Assembly (NCBI GenBank): GCA_018992685.1
Contig: JACVGT010000013.1
Coordinates: 32,001 to 96,000 of the forward strand
DNA from: Theionarchaea archaeon
GTDB lineage: Archaea > Methanobacteriota_B > Thermococci > Methanofastidiosales > SZ-28-30
Length of the DNA stretch: 64,000 nucleotides
Direction: 5' to 3'
The notes below the pieces were generated by a model. That model had not been told where the DNA came from. It searched no databases and saw nothing but the letters and a program-made list of their open reading frames with translations. A program made the position numbers and the translations under genes. Position 1 is the stretch's first letter; every line of letters begins with the position of its first letter. This document shows, piece after piece, positions 19,036 to 28,854 of this stretch.

Positions 19036-20997
19036 CTAAATTTGAAGAGCGGCGTTGGCCCCTTCATGAACTGCTCTCAGAATGGATTTTGGTTCCACAC
19101 AATCCCCTATTGCCCTTAGCTTGTAAAAATCTGTTTCAATCAGTTCCTCCAATATCTTTCTCTCTGGGTAGAATCCCACTGCCAGGATGACCGCATCTGC
19201 TTTCAGCAATCGCTCTCCCGAGGACTCTGCAATAATTACGCCTTCTTTCACAATTCTGACTGCTCTCGAATTGGGCAGCATGACAACTCCCAGATCTTTC
19301 AATGCCTCGCACGTTACATACCGTGCAGAAACTCCCATATCGGGACATATGACGGGCAGTTGTTCAATAAGAGTTACTTTCCCTCCTTTTTCCGCAATGA
19401 ATTCTGCCGTTTCTGCGCCCACTCGACCTCCACCGATGACGACCACAGCTCCCACGGGAACTGTGGCACCCTTGAGAACATCTTGAAATCCTTGTACACA
19501 TTCAGAATCAACTCCCGGTATTGAAAGTGTGGCTGGGACTGCTCCTGTGGCAACGATGACAACATCGGGAGACTGACTCACAACGAAGTCAGTGGTGACT
19601 TCCTTTCCCAAGACTATCGTGACTCCCAGGGCTTCAAGCTGATGAATCAGCCAGCTGAGAAACTCCTGCATTTCTTCTTTGTGGGGCGGCTTAACGCCTA
19701 GTACCATCTGTCCTCCCAGTTCCTTCCCTCGTTCATACAGAGTCACTGTGTGTCCTCGCATGTGTGCATACAGTGCGGCTGTCATACCGGCAGGGCCTCC
19801 ACCAATGACCATGACCTTTTTTGGGGTTTCCACTTTCCTAATTCGGAATATCCTTTCCCTCCCAAGTTCTGGGTTGATGGCACAGGTACATGCTGCAAAC
19901 CGGCTGGTATCCAGATCCAAACATTGGTTGCAGGCGATGCACTTTCTGATGTCTTCAGTTCTGCCTTCTTGCACTTTCTTTGGCAATTCTGGATCTGCCA
20001 GCAATGCTCGGGCCATTCCAACGAGATCCAGGTTTCCTTCAGACAGTGCCCTCTCTGCCAGCCAAGGATCATTTATCCTCCCAACTCCAATGACAGGGAC
20101 ATCGACAACCTCTTTTACTCCAGCAGACAGCCCCAGGTGCACGCCACGGGGTATTCGCATGGGAGGTATATTCCAGTTGGTGGCTTCAAGTATTGAACTT
20201 CCTGCAGAAACATTGAGCATGTCAGCGCCTGCCTCGACGAAATAGGGAGCCTGTTTCTTTGCTTCTTCAAGCTGGATGCCTGTCGGACCAAAGTAATCGT
20301 CACCATTCATGCGAAACGATATAGGAAAGGATTCCCCAGTTTCAGCCCGTACGCGCTCTATTATCTCTAGTGCAAAACGCATTCTTCCTTCAAAATTCCC
20401 ACCATATGCATCAGTTCTTTTGTTAGTATGGGGAGATAAGAATTGGTTGATCAAATACGAATGGGCCCCATGAATCTCTACCATGTCAAATCCTGCTCTC
20501 TTGATTCTCTGGGCTGCTTGCCCGTAGGCTTCCACAAGATCTTTGATGTCACGTGTGGACAGTCTGCGTGGGGTAATCATGGCCTTACCATGAGCTCCCA
20601 TAAAAGCTCCTGCATGGGCTACAGGGGAAGGCGCTACTGGTTCTGATCCATAGACAGACTCGGAAAGACGTCTGCCGCTGTGTATCATCTGTACTCCTGC
20701 TTTTGCCCTATAGTTGTGGAGGGCTCTTGCCAGTTCCTTCAATCCGGGCATGAGATCGTCACTATATACTCCTAACTGGTTCGGGCGGTACTTGGCTTCA
20801 GGGACTATATACGCACCCGCAGTCAGAATGAGTCCTGCCCCGCCTTCTGCCCTCCTTTCCAAATAGTCTATCATTCGAGGAGTAACGCTGCCATCGTAGT
20901 CTGCATACCTGACAATCATTGGTTCCATGACAATTCTGTTTTTCAGTTCCATGCCTCTTACAGACAGAGGACTGAACAGGTTTGGAAAGCTGTCCAT
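19036..20997 (-). CDS. NADH:flavin oxidoreductase (OYE barrel + 4Fe-4S + FAD domain; FadH/BaiCD-like)
   Basis: LKNRIV, EIHGAHSYLI.QFLSP..NKRTD.YGG, CIACNQC, GGGPAG. Confidence 0.92.
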   Translation of the reverse strand: MDSFPNLFSPLSVRGMELKNRIVMEPMIVRYADYDGSVTPRMIDYLERRAEGGAGLILTAGAYIVPEAKYRPNQLGVYSDDLMPGLKELARALHNYRAKAGVQMIHSGRRLSESVYGSEPVAPSPVAHAGAFMGAHGKAMITPRRLSTRDIKDLVEAYGQAAQRIKRAGFDMVEIHGAHSYLINQFLSPHTNKRTDAYGGNFEGRMRFALEIIERVRAETGESFPISFRMNGDDYFGPTGIQLEEAKKQAPYFVEAGADMLNVSAGSSILEATNWNIPPMRIPRGVHLGLSAGVKEVVDVPVIGVGRINDPWLAERALSEGNLDLVGMARALLADPELPKKVQEGRTEDIRKCIACNQCLDLDTSRFAACTCAINPELGRERIFRIRKVETPKKVMVIGGGPAGMTAALYAHMRGHTVTLYERGKELGGQMVLGVKPPHKEEMQEFLSWLIHQLEALGVTIVLGKEVTTDFVVSQSPDVVIVATGAVPATLSIPGVDSECVQGFQDVLKGATVPVGAVVVIGGGRVGAETAEFIAEKGGKVTLIEQLPVICPDMGVSARYVTCEALKDLGVVMLPNSRAVRIVKEGVIIAESSGERLLKADAVILAVGFYPERKILEELIETDFYKLRAIGDCVEPKSILRAVHEGANAALQI

Positions 20998-21421
20998 TTG
21001 AGTTCACCTATGATAGAAGACATATCTCGCTATAAAAGCCTTTGTATTGATAGTATTTGTATAATTAGAATTTAGTTTTTGTCCAGGATGATGAAATGCT
21101 AAGCTACAGGGAGATACCTGATAAATAGAAGAGGAATCCTCAGATGGGTGGGCTTTCTCTTTCAGGTTCTCATATTTCCAGTCCAGATTTCACTATTGGA
21201 GGCAGTGCTATCCAGAATAAAGCTATTTATGTACTGTGGACACTTCTCTCGTGATTTTCCACTCTCTAGTCAGGCCGCCAGTCCCGAAACGAGGAATGTG
21301 CCTGTGTACATATGAAGCAGCATATGGGGGGATTCACAAAATCATGACTCCATGAACACGAAATGGCAAGTATCTTGTCCTGAAAATGTATTTAAAGGAT
21401 ATCGATTCAATCAAGTAGTGA

Positions 21422-22108
21422 ATGCGCATGAGAAAATCTGTCAAGTATACGCTCATCGGAGTGGTAATTGTCACAGTGATGATATCATCATTCATGTACT
21501 GCGGACATACCCTCTATGAGAGAACGTATTCCAGCCAGTACTACTACGAGATTCAAATTGATCCCGACTCCTCATTGAACGGGGTTGTCCTGTATGTCCC
21601 ACTACCTGTCTGTGACAGTGTGTCACAGGTGGGAGACATCATTAAAGCTGGAAATGCCAAGAACCCAGAGAACATCCACTGCAGTGTAGTCTATACAGAA
21701 TATGGGGCGATGCTCAGAATCTTAGCCGACTACATAGATGAACCTGCAGTAATTGCAGTCTTGAAGCCTGCTGATACTACCATTGACACCAAGAACCCTC
21801 TCCAGACCGAAATGGTGCTCTCTCCAAAATATGATCTGATCCAAGTAGCATGCGACTTTCCTCATCCTGAAAAGTGGGATAACCAGCTAGCCTGTTTCGA
21901 ATACCAGACTATGCTCTATGCTGAGTTCACTCCTCTTGGGTCTCTCACGGTGTCTGTGACTTTAGAGGGAAGAAACACCTGGTGGATCCTGGGCTGGTCT
22001 GGCAACTCTTATCGAGACCAGATCCTGGCTACCGTGAATGGAGAGAGCGGATGGCATCGAGCGAGAGGAGAGCTCGTGCAAGGTGAAGGTCTCTATTCCT
22101 GGATTTGA
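21422..22108 (+). CDS. N-terminally anchored exported hypothetical protein
   Basis: Basic N-terminus plus hydrophobic helix; beta-rich body. Confidence 0.7.
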   Translation: MRMRKSVKYTLIGVVIVTVMISSFMYCGHTLYERTYSSQYYYEIQIDPDSSLNGVVLYVPLPVCDSVSQVGDIIKAGNAKNPENIHCSVVYTEYGAMLRILADYIDEPAVIAVLKPADTTIDTKNPLQTEMVLSPKYDLIQVACDFPHPEKWDNQLACFEYQTMLYAEFTPLGSLTVSVTLEGRNTWWILGWSGNSYRDQILATVNGESGWHRARGELVQGEGLYSWI

Positions 22109-22227
22109 ATGAAAGTGGCCTACATCTATCCCCTTTCTCACTGATTGAGAGCTCTTGAATGTGAGACATTGCTTCTAGGAGACTGAGAGACAGAAAAGAA
22201 TTTATATAATGTACGACAAATGTGATC

Positions 22228-23391
22228 ATGAAAAACAGTGTGGTCGTTGTGGTATTTCTAGCCTTTGCAGCATCCATTGTCCTACTCTCCAGTCAGGCAT
22301 TCGCTGTCTCTGATGAACCCTTCACCATAACCATAGAAGTAGACAAAGGGTGCGGAGGCGACTATTTCGTTGGTGACATGCTCACTGTCACGTGGGTAGT
22401 CTCACACCCTTGCGAAATCGATTTCTGGGAAGAAGAACCTGACGGAATCAAGAGAAAACTCTCTTCAAGCATTATTTCGGGTGCAGGAAGTGGCTCTCGC
22501 GGGTGGACTCTGAAAGACTATGGATACGGAAGGAGAGTCATTCATGCAGAAGCAATCTCACCCTTTGGAATGGGAAATGCGTCATGTGAATATTACGTCC
22601 TGAAGAAGGCAGCAGATATTAGAGTTGAAGTCACTGACCAGGACGGGATGCCTATTTCTGCTGTAGAGGTGTTGCTGGACGACGCACACGTTGCAGCAAC
22701 TGATACCTCAGGAAGTGTCGTCATCCCAGAAGCAGAATTCGGAGAACACACCATTACAGCACGATATGGCGGAGAAGAGCAATCCACGAGAATTAGAATA
22801 GCTTCTACTCAAACTCAATTTGTGGATTTCGTGTTCACAATTGAGAAACAGGGATCCATCAAGATCCAGGTGGTAACCCAGAATGGAGATCCGGCCGCTG
22901 ATGCAGATGTATACGTTGACGGATTCAAAGAAGGTCGGACAGATTCAGAGGGCGTTTTCACCGTGACAGTTCCTGCTGGTGATCACACAGTAGAGGCCAG
23001 ATGGCAGAATCAATCAGACGAACAGCATGTTACCGTTTTAAGTAATCAGATGAGCTTTGCTGACCTCACGATCACCGTGCCTGTCGAGGCTGTACTGACC
23101 ATACGCGTTGAAGATGACGCAGGAACTCCTCTCAGCGACGCCAACGTGTATGTGGACAATGTCTTTGCAGGAAGAACTGACGCACAAGGGTTGGCCCAGT
23201 ACAGGACTGTTCCAGGCCCCCACACGCTGCGAGCAGAAAAGCAGGGATACATCACATCTTCAATGAATGTCAATGCAGGCGAAGGACAGACTGATGCAGC
23301 CTTGGTTCTGGCCCAGGAGGGAAAAGCGGCACTGTCGACAATTCTCGTACTCATAGGGCTGGGCTACATGCTCATGAGGAAGCGTGCATGA
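22228..23391 (+). CDS. Surface protein with three PEGA / carboxypeptidase-regulatory-like repeats
   Basis: Signal peptide; repeated D..G.P...A.V.VD....G.TD..G motif; C-terminal TM plus RKRA tail. Confidence 0.8.
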   Translation: MKNSVVVVVFLAFAASIVLLSSQAFAVSDEPFTITIEVDKGCGGDYFVGDMLTVTWVVSHPCEIDFWEEEPDGIKRKLSSSIISGAGSGSRGWTLKDYGYGRRVIHAEAISPFGMGNASCEYYVLKKAADIRVEVTDQDGMPISAVEVLLDDAHVAATDTSGSVVIPEAEFGEHTITARYGGEEQSTRIRIASTQTQFVDFVFTIEKQGSIKIQVVTQNGDPAADADVYVDGFKEGRTDSEGVFTVTVPAGDHTVEARWQNQSDEQHVTVLSNQMSFADLTITVPVEAVLTIRVEDDAGTPLSDANVYVDNVFAGRTDAQGLAQYRTVPGPHTLRAEKQGYITSSMNVNAGEGQTDAALVLAQEGKAALSTILVLIGLGYMLMRKRA

Positions 23392-23483
23392 TTGAGAAGG
23401 GATAGTTCCGAGATTTCATTCATGCAGAACCGCATGTGGCAGACCCCAACATATTTATATGGTGAGCACCTCCTAGTGGCACT

Positions 23484-25262
23484 ATGAGATGTAAGGCATG
23501 TATGAGAACAATTGCTCCCAGCCAGAGTCAGAGATTCTCTGGATTTGACTTCTGCACTGCATGTTACGAAGCTCTGGAATTGGGACAACTGACAGATGGA
23601 GAAAAAAGCTCAGATAACTACATTATATCTTTCTCAAATGAGAATAACCATCAAGTCTTTGAAGCACTCCTTAGAATAGCTTCCAAATTTAACAAAGGGG
23701 CAGCCGATACCCTTCTCTTGAGATGCAATGAAATGATTGGTCGTGATGTAGCAGGGCCCCAGGAAGTGCTGGCCTGTTTGTTGGCTGCCCATGCACTGCA
23801 GAAAAGTACAGGTGAGCAGCCGTTAACTACAGTTGGTGAACTAGCAGTTTATAATATTGGCAAAAGACTGGCTGCAGAAATATTCAAGTCAAATAATACG
23901 CCGATGCCCGATGAACCGCTTGATGACGAGGCCATGAGGAATCTATTTACCCAGCTGTCGTGGCAGCGATACACAACCTGCATTGACGTGTTCGACCATA
24001 TTGCTCAATCTGAGATTACTGAGCCGATACGAGAATTCCTTGTCAACCTGACTGAGATGTGCCAATCCATGGCAGAAGTGAAGGAAGTAGACTGTTCTCG
24101 TGTTGATGAGGGTGTGTACCTTGACTTTCCTCCTGAACTCACCCCCTCTCTACTTGAGACACTGGGGAATGAACATACATTTTCTTCCTGGAATGGATTC
24201 AAGGAAATCTTCCAGAAATTCCAGGATATGTTCCTAAGTAAGAAGATTAACCTGCTCTTTCCAGAAGGAGTCCAGGATGACAAAGAAATACACGTTCTGA
24301 TTGAAGAAGGAGAGCTGTATGTCACCTCACAGTGGAGAAAGATTAGGGAAAACCTTGATGCTGAAGGTGCAGACTTTGTGGCGACATTGATGAAAGAGGT
24401 CCCCCGTTTTGTGGTGGAAAGGGCTGCAGGAGGGATCGATACCCTCCGATCCATCGTCGAAGAGGGAGTGGCTGACACTGAGAACGCTGACCTGATCCTG
24501 TTGCAGAGTTCGTTCCTGAAAGAACAGGAGACCGTGGAACAGGCGGTCACCATGCTGGAAGAGAAGGTTGCTGCCATTGGTGATAAACCTTCCTTGCTGG
24601 TTGAGCTGGCTCTTCAGTACATTGAAACAGGTGAGGTGGACAAGGCCATTGACACACTGAAGAGAGTGGCTGAAATGGAGCCAGCTAACTGGCTTCATCC
24701 TATGTTCATTGCTGAAGTGTACGAGAACAGCGGTCGGTTCAAAGAGGCTGCAGAATACTACAGAAAGGCCAGCGCCTTGACCTCGCCTGACCCCTATTTG
24801 TTGAGCTCCCTGAAGAGGGCAGAAACGGGAGAAATACTGGCTGAGATTGAAGATCTGATCTCCAAAGAAGAATATCAACGTGCATTAAATCTGGTGGAGA
24901 AGCATTTTGATCCTTTTGAAATAGACATCTTTCACTATTATAAAGGGGTTGTCCTTGCGAGAATGAGAGAATCCAGAGATGCCCTGAGGGTGATGACTGA
25001 TTACCTGGACATATACAGTGATGACGAAGAAGGATGGCTCGAAAAAGCGGGGATCTACCTAGATCTGGGCAATTTCGCGGCTGCTGCCCGCTCGTTCAGA
25101 CAGTGTTTTATACTTACACCAAAAGATGTTCGCCCTCTGGTGTGGGAAGCCCTCTGTCATAAGAAACTGGGGAGATCCAGATACTACAAACGATGCATTA
25201 ATCAGGCTCGAAAAACTGATCCTGAGAAGACTAAAGCACTCCTCAAGGAACTTCCTTTTTAG
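23484..25262 (+). CDS. TPR-repeat protein with N-terminal Zn finger
   Basis: CKAC...CTAC N-terminus; C-terminal TPR patterns (A..Y...G....A...Y.KA). Confidence 0.75.
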   Translation: MRCKACMRTIAPSQSQRFSGFDFCTACYEALELGQLTDGEKSSDNYIISFSNENNHQVFEALLRIASKFNKGAADTLLLRCNEMIGRDVAGPQEVLACLLAAHALQKSTGEQPLTTVGELAVYNIGKRLAAEIFKSNNTPMPDEPLDDEAMRNLFTQLSWQRYTTCIDVFDHIAQSEITEPIREFLVNLTEMCQSMAEVKEVDCSRVDEGVYLDFPPELTPSLLETLGNEHTFSSWNGFKEIFQKFQDMFLSKKINLLFPEGVQDDKEIHVLIEEGELYVTSQWRKIRENLDAEGADFVATLMKEVPRFVVERAAGGIDTLRSIVEEGVADTENADLILLQSSFLKEQETVEQAVTMLEEKVAAIGDKPSLLVELALQYIETGEVDKAIDTLKRVAEMEPANWLHPMFIAEVYENSGRFKEAAEYYRKASALTSPDPYLLSSLKRAETGEILAEIEDLISKEEYQRALNLVEKHFDPFEIDIFHYYKGVVLARMRESRDALRVMTDYLDIYSDDEEGWLEKAGIYLDLGNFAAAARSFRQCFILTPKDVRPLVWEALCHKKLGRSRYYKRCINQARKTDPEKTKALLKELPF

Positions 25263-25321
25263 ACTGTTATGACACCCGAAGTAGCCTAAAAGTATTTAAG
25301 CTCGTTCCAGCAGTCCACACT

Positions 25322-25705
25322 ATGAGCAAAATAGATCAGCTTCTGGATGCTGCATCAGACAAGTTCACAGCCGCTGAGGTCTTGATCAACCAGGAATTCC
25401 ACGAAGATGCTGTTTCAAGATTGTTTTACGGTCTCTTATTCTGTGCCAGAGCCCTTCTGCTGACCAAGGAAGTTTCGACAGAGAATCCTGATGAAATCAT
25501 TGCAGGATTTGAAAGTCAATTCATCAAAAAGGGTGTCATTGACAAGGAACTGGGTTCTCTCATAAAGGATACAAAGAAACTGGCAGAAAAGGCAGATTTT
25601 TCTCCTACCTTCAGCATGCCTGAGGATAAGATGAAAACTATGATGGAGGATGCCCAGTTGTTCATGGAACAGGTGGAAGACGTTATTAGTGAGATAGAGG
25701 AGTAG
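25322..25705 (+). CDS. HEPN-domain protein (UPF0332-like), degenerate
   Basis: DAVSRLFYGLLFCARALLLTK...FIKKG...ADF pattern; conserved His and Arg absent. Confidence 0.72.
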   Translation: MSKIDQLLDAASDKFTAAEVLINQEFHEDAVSRLFYGLLFCARALLLTKEVSTENPDEIIAGFESQFIKKGVIDKELGSLIKDTKKLAEKADFSPTFSMPEDKMKTMMEDAQLFMEQVEDVISEIEE

Positions 25706-25825
25706 TATCCCTTTTTTATTTTTATTCCATTGGCTTAAGCTGACTCTTTTCTGGGATTAGCAGTACATCCCTCAAAAAGACAACCCCATCCAAAGTCTTA
25801 TATAGAACAGGAAATTCCTCATAGT

Positions 25826-26485
25826 ATGCCCGCAATTACCTGTACATCACTTACAAAAATCTTTGACAAGAATCCGGTGGTGGATGACATCACGTTTGAG
25901 GTTGAGGAGGGTGCCATCGCAGGTATCGTTGGTGACGATGGTGCTGGAAAGACAACACTGCTGAAACTTCTCACTGGACTGCTGAGACCCACATCAGGAA
26001 CATGCACACTCTTTGACACTGATGTTACTCGCAACCCCGCCAGAGGATTGAAAGGAGTGGGGTGTCTCGTTGGGGAGCCTGCATTCTACGAAGAATTCAC
26101 TGCCCAGAAAAACCTGGAACTGTTTGCTGCCTTGGCACAGGTGGACTCAGACGGAGTTACTGATCTCCTTGGCATCACCTTCAAGTCCACCAGAGTTCGA
26201 TATCTCACCCCCGCCATGAAGAAGCTCTTGGGAATCGCTGTTGCGTTTCTGGCAGAGCCCAAGCTGCTCATCCTGGACGAACCGCTTAACCTCAACGCAT
26301 CTGCCCAGGGTCTTGTGAAAAAGCTGCTGAAGGAACAGAAAGAAAAGGGGAACACGATCCTGTTCACCACAGGCATTCCTGCCGACGTGAAGGAGCTGGC
26401 CACCTATGGGGTTGTCCTGAAAGAAGGAAAGGCTGTCTCTCAGGGGGCACCCAAAACCCTTGACTTCAAGGGGGTGAATCCATGA
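25826..26485 (+). CDS. ABC transporter ATP-binding protein with degenerate motifs
   Basis: Walker A GDDGAGKTT, Walker B LILDEP; signature LTPAM; no H-loop His. Confidence 0.85.
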   Translation: MPAITCTSLTKIFDKNPVVDDITFEVEEGAIAGIVGDDGAGKTTLLKLLTGLLRPTSGTCTLFDTDVTRNPARGLKGVGCLVGEPAFYEEFTAQKNLELFAALAQVDSDGVTDLLGITFKSTRVRYLTPAMKKLLGIAVAFLAEPKLLILDEPLNLNASAQGLVKKLLKEQKEKGNTILFTTGIPADVKELATYGVVLKEGKAVSQGAPKTLDFKGVNP

Positions 26486-27231
26486 ATGTGTACCGCGTGA
26501 CGAGATTTGAAGTCAGCAAGCTATTCAGGCAGAGAATAGCCCATGCAGGCTTCATCGTTGTCTTTCTTGTGTGCTGCGTATACTGTGTGATAAACTGGAT
26601 GACCCGCCCTGTTGGATCTTACAGTGGAGTCATGATTATTACCGACAACATCAGTTTCCAGAACAGTCTGCTGATTCTGCCGTTTCTGGCCATTCTGGTG
26701 GCAGCCAACTCTGTCAGCGGAGAACTATCTTCAGGAACCCTGCGAACCCTGCTTACCAGACCGGTGAAGCGAGATAATGTGATAGTAGGGAAGTTTCTGG
26801 CCGAATTCTTGTACATGTGCCTGGTTGTGTATGGAATTGCACTGCTCTCCTTTCTGTTTGCAATCAGATGGGGATTTCCCGAGGACTTCATATCCTTCAT
26901 TCCCAGATTGCTTCTGATCTGCCTGGTGTATGTCCTGATTAACATGATATTGGCGGCCTTCACCTTTGTGGTAGCATCTCAGAGCACCAGCATCGCTCTC
27001 ACTGCCTTTGCGTCCTTGGGATTCTACATGATATCAATGCTTGTGGAATTCTTCAACAAGATCCAGACGTATATGTTCCTCAATAACGCCCAGACTCTGT
27101 TCCAAATGCTGATGGGAGGACCATTTGAATTGAGGTCTACCTACTTTTCTGTGGGAGTAATTCTCATCTACACACTGGGTCTCCTGTTAATTGCCTCGGT
27201 GTTATGGGAAAAAAGAGATATCAGGTCCTGA
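26482..27231 (+). CDS. ABC-2 type permease
   Basis: SGE.SSGTLRTLLTRPVKR..V..GK; 6 TM; EKRDI terminus. Confidence 0.88.
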   Translation: MNVYRVTRFEVSKLFRQRIAHAGFIVVFLVCCVYCVINWMTRPVGSYSGVMIITDNISFQNSLLILPFLAILVAANSVSGELSSGTLRTLLTRPVKRDNVIVGKFLAEFLYMCLVVYGIALLSFLFAIRWGFPEDFISFIPRLLLICLVYVLINMILAAFTFVVASQSTSIALTAFASLGFYMISMLVEFFNKIQTYMFLNNAQTLFQMLMGGPFELRSTYFSVGVILIYTLGLLLIASVLWEKRDIRS

Positions 27232-27502
27232 ACAATGGTCATTCGTTGCCCATTCTGTATGGAGAGAATGGGCTTTTTTCATCCTCTATTGCTCCAGGAG
27301 CTCCAAGACCATGATCACAGCGAGTAATCACTTTCTGAACGAACACAACTTACCAGCAGAGATAGAAATTCTTCAAATACCCTGAAAATTTTCCCATTAC
27401 CGTCTGTCATCACCCATAAAAAAAGTCAAGAATCTCGCAAGCAGATTTGAACAGTTGTACCATCATGCAAACATTTATATATCGATTTTGAGCTTTATGA
27501 AG

Positions 27503-27655
27503 TGGAGGAAAAGACGAGAGACGAGATACTGTGTGTTTCCACGGGGTTCATCGGGCCCCCTTGAGGCAAGAAAGCGGTCCAATATGCCCCGGTTATGGTG
27601 GCGTTCTGGTCGTTGAGCCTTTTCTCACAGTATTTCTCTCCAGAGGTGAGAGAGA
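27503..27655 (+). promoter_or_regulatory. Structured riboswitch-like 5' leader of the GH3-like gene
   Basis: TATA 27474-27481; nested stems with G-U pairs on the + strand; alternative hairpin covers the RBS and start codon. Confidence 0.5.
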
Positions 27656-28854
27656 TGAGTTCCATCCTGAATGTACTGCAATGCGTTGACGAGCCCGCCT
27701 GGATGAAGAGTCCGGTAGAAACGCAAGAAAAGATACTTGAGGACATTGTCCACAGAAATAGGAATACTCGATTCGGAAGAGAGTATCTATTTAGAGAGAT
27801 TAGAAGTACAGAAGATTACAGAAAATGCGTTCCTCTTTCTATGTACTGTGATATTGAACCATATGTACAGAGGATGGTGTATGGGGAAAAGGATGCTTTG
27901 GTCATGGAGCAGGCCACAGCATGGATCGAGTCTGTGAGACTCGACAGAAAATCACGGTTGATTCCATACACTCAGGACATGGCTGGTGGATTCAGGGATG
28001 CATATCTGAGGTTGTTTGCCTCCAGAACAGAAGATTGGGCGTACGTTTCGGGAAAGGTGATTGCTGGATTGGAACATCCCATCCACATGGTAGGGGGAAA
28101 TCCAGCAGGAGACATACTTGCTCTGGGAAGCAGCACGCTGAGATCAACGCCAGTCTTGGGAAAGGTAATCACTCCTCGGCTGACAGAATCTGATGCTGAT
28201 TGGGAAAAACGGTGGAAGAAGGCTGCTCAACAGGTTTCAAGACAGAATGTAATTTCTGCTATTGTTGATCCAGTTCTCTTTCTGAAATTCCTGCGGATGA
28301 TTCAATCCAACAGCGGAGTGGCTGACATTCGTCAATTGTGGCCTGATTTCTCCTTGGTAATGACGACAGTAAACACAAGGCCTTTTGAGAACGTGCTTCA
28401 ATCTCTTCTGGGTCATGTGGAGTTCAGGAGGCTATTCTGTACTGATGAGGTTGTCGTAGCCGTCCAGCTGGATGAAAAAGGTGTGGTGCCCTTGCTTGAC
28501 CACTGCTATCTTGAGTTCATTCCTTTGAAGCAGTGGAGAGATATGGAACTTGAAGGAGGAACCTACAGGGAATACGGATTTGACATTGAGACTATCGACA
28601 CTGCTGTTTCAGGAGAAGAATATGTTTTAGTCGTTACTACATCTGGGCTGTACCGGTATATCTCTGGAGACATTGTCACTATGGTTGATAGTCTGCACAT
28701 GGAACCAACTGGGTTCATTGACGAATGGGCAGTTCTTCCTGAACTCGCGCAGCAAATCGTACTACTGAGGGAAGTGGCACGAGACACATCTCGGACAGAA
28801 CATCAGCTGGTGGCTGTGGAATCTGAACCCATGAGATTTCTGTTCAAAATCTGA
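27655..28854 (+). CDS. GH3 acyl-amido synthetase-like protein, degenerate and C-terminally short
   Basis: N.NTRFGREY.F..I.S.EDY...VPL..Y, YLEFIP, GEEY.LVVTT.GLYRY..GD; GAGGTGA SD supports start 27655. Confidence 0.8.
   Translation: MSSILNVLQCVDEPAWMKSPVETQEKILEDIVHRNRNTRFGREYLFREIRSTEDYRKCVPLSMYCDIEPYVQRMVYGEKDALVMEQATAWIESVRLDRKSRLIPYTQDMAGGFRDAYLRLFASRTEDWAYVSGKVIAGLEHPIHMVGGNPAGDILALGSSTLRSTPVLGKVITPRLTESDADWEKRWKKAAQQVSRQNVISAIVDPVLFLKFLRMIQSNSGVADIRQLWPDFSLVMTTVNTRPFENVLQSLLGHVEFRRLFCTDEVVVAVQLDEKGVVPLLDHCYLEFIPLKQWRDMELEGGTYREYGFDIETIDTAVSGEEYVLVVTTSGLYRYISGDIVTMVDSLHMEPTGFIDEWAVLPELAQQIVLLREVARDTSRTEHQLVAVESEPMRFLFKI

Noticed and set aside
27540-27562. SAM-I-like GGCCCGAUGAA on the minus strand
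   Set aside because: Other SAM-I elements are missing, and the wobble pairs support the + strand fold.
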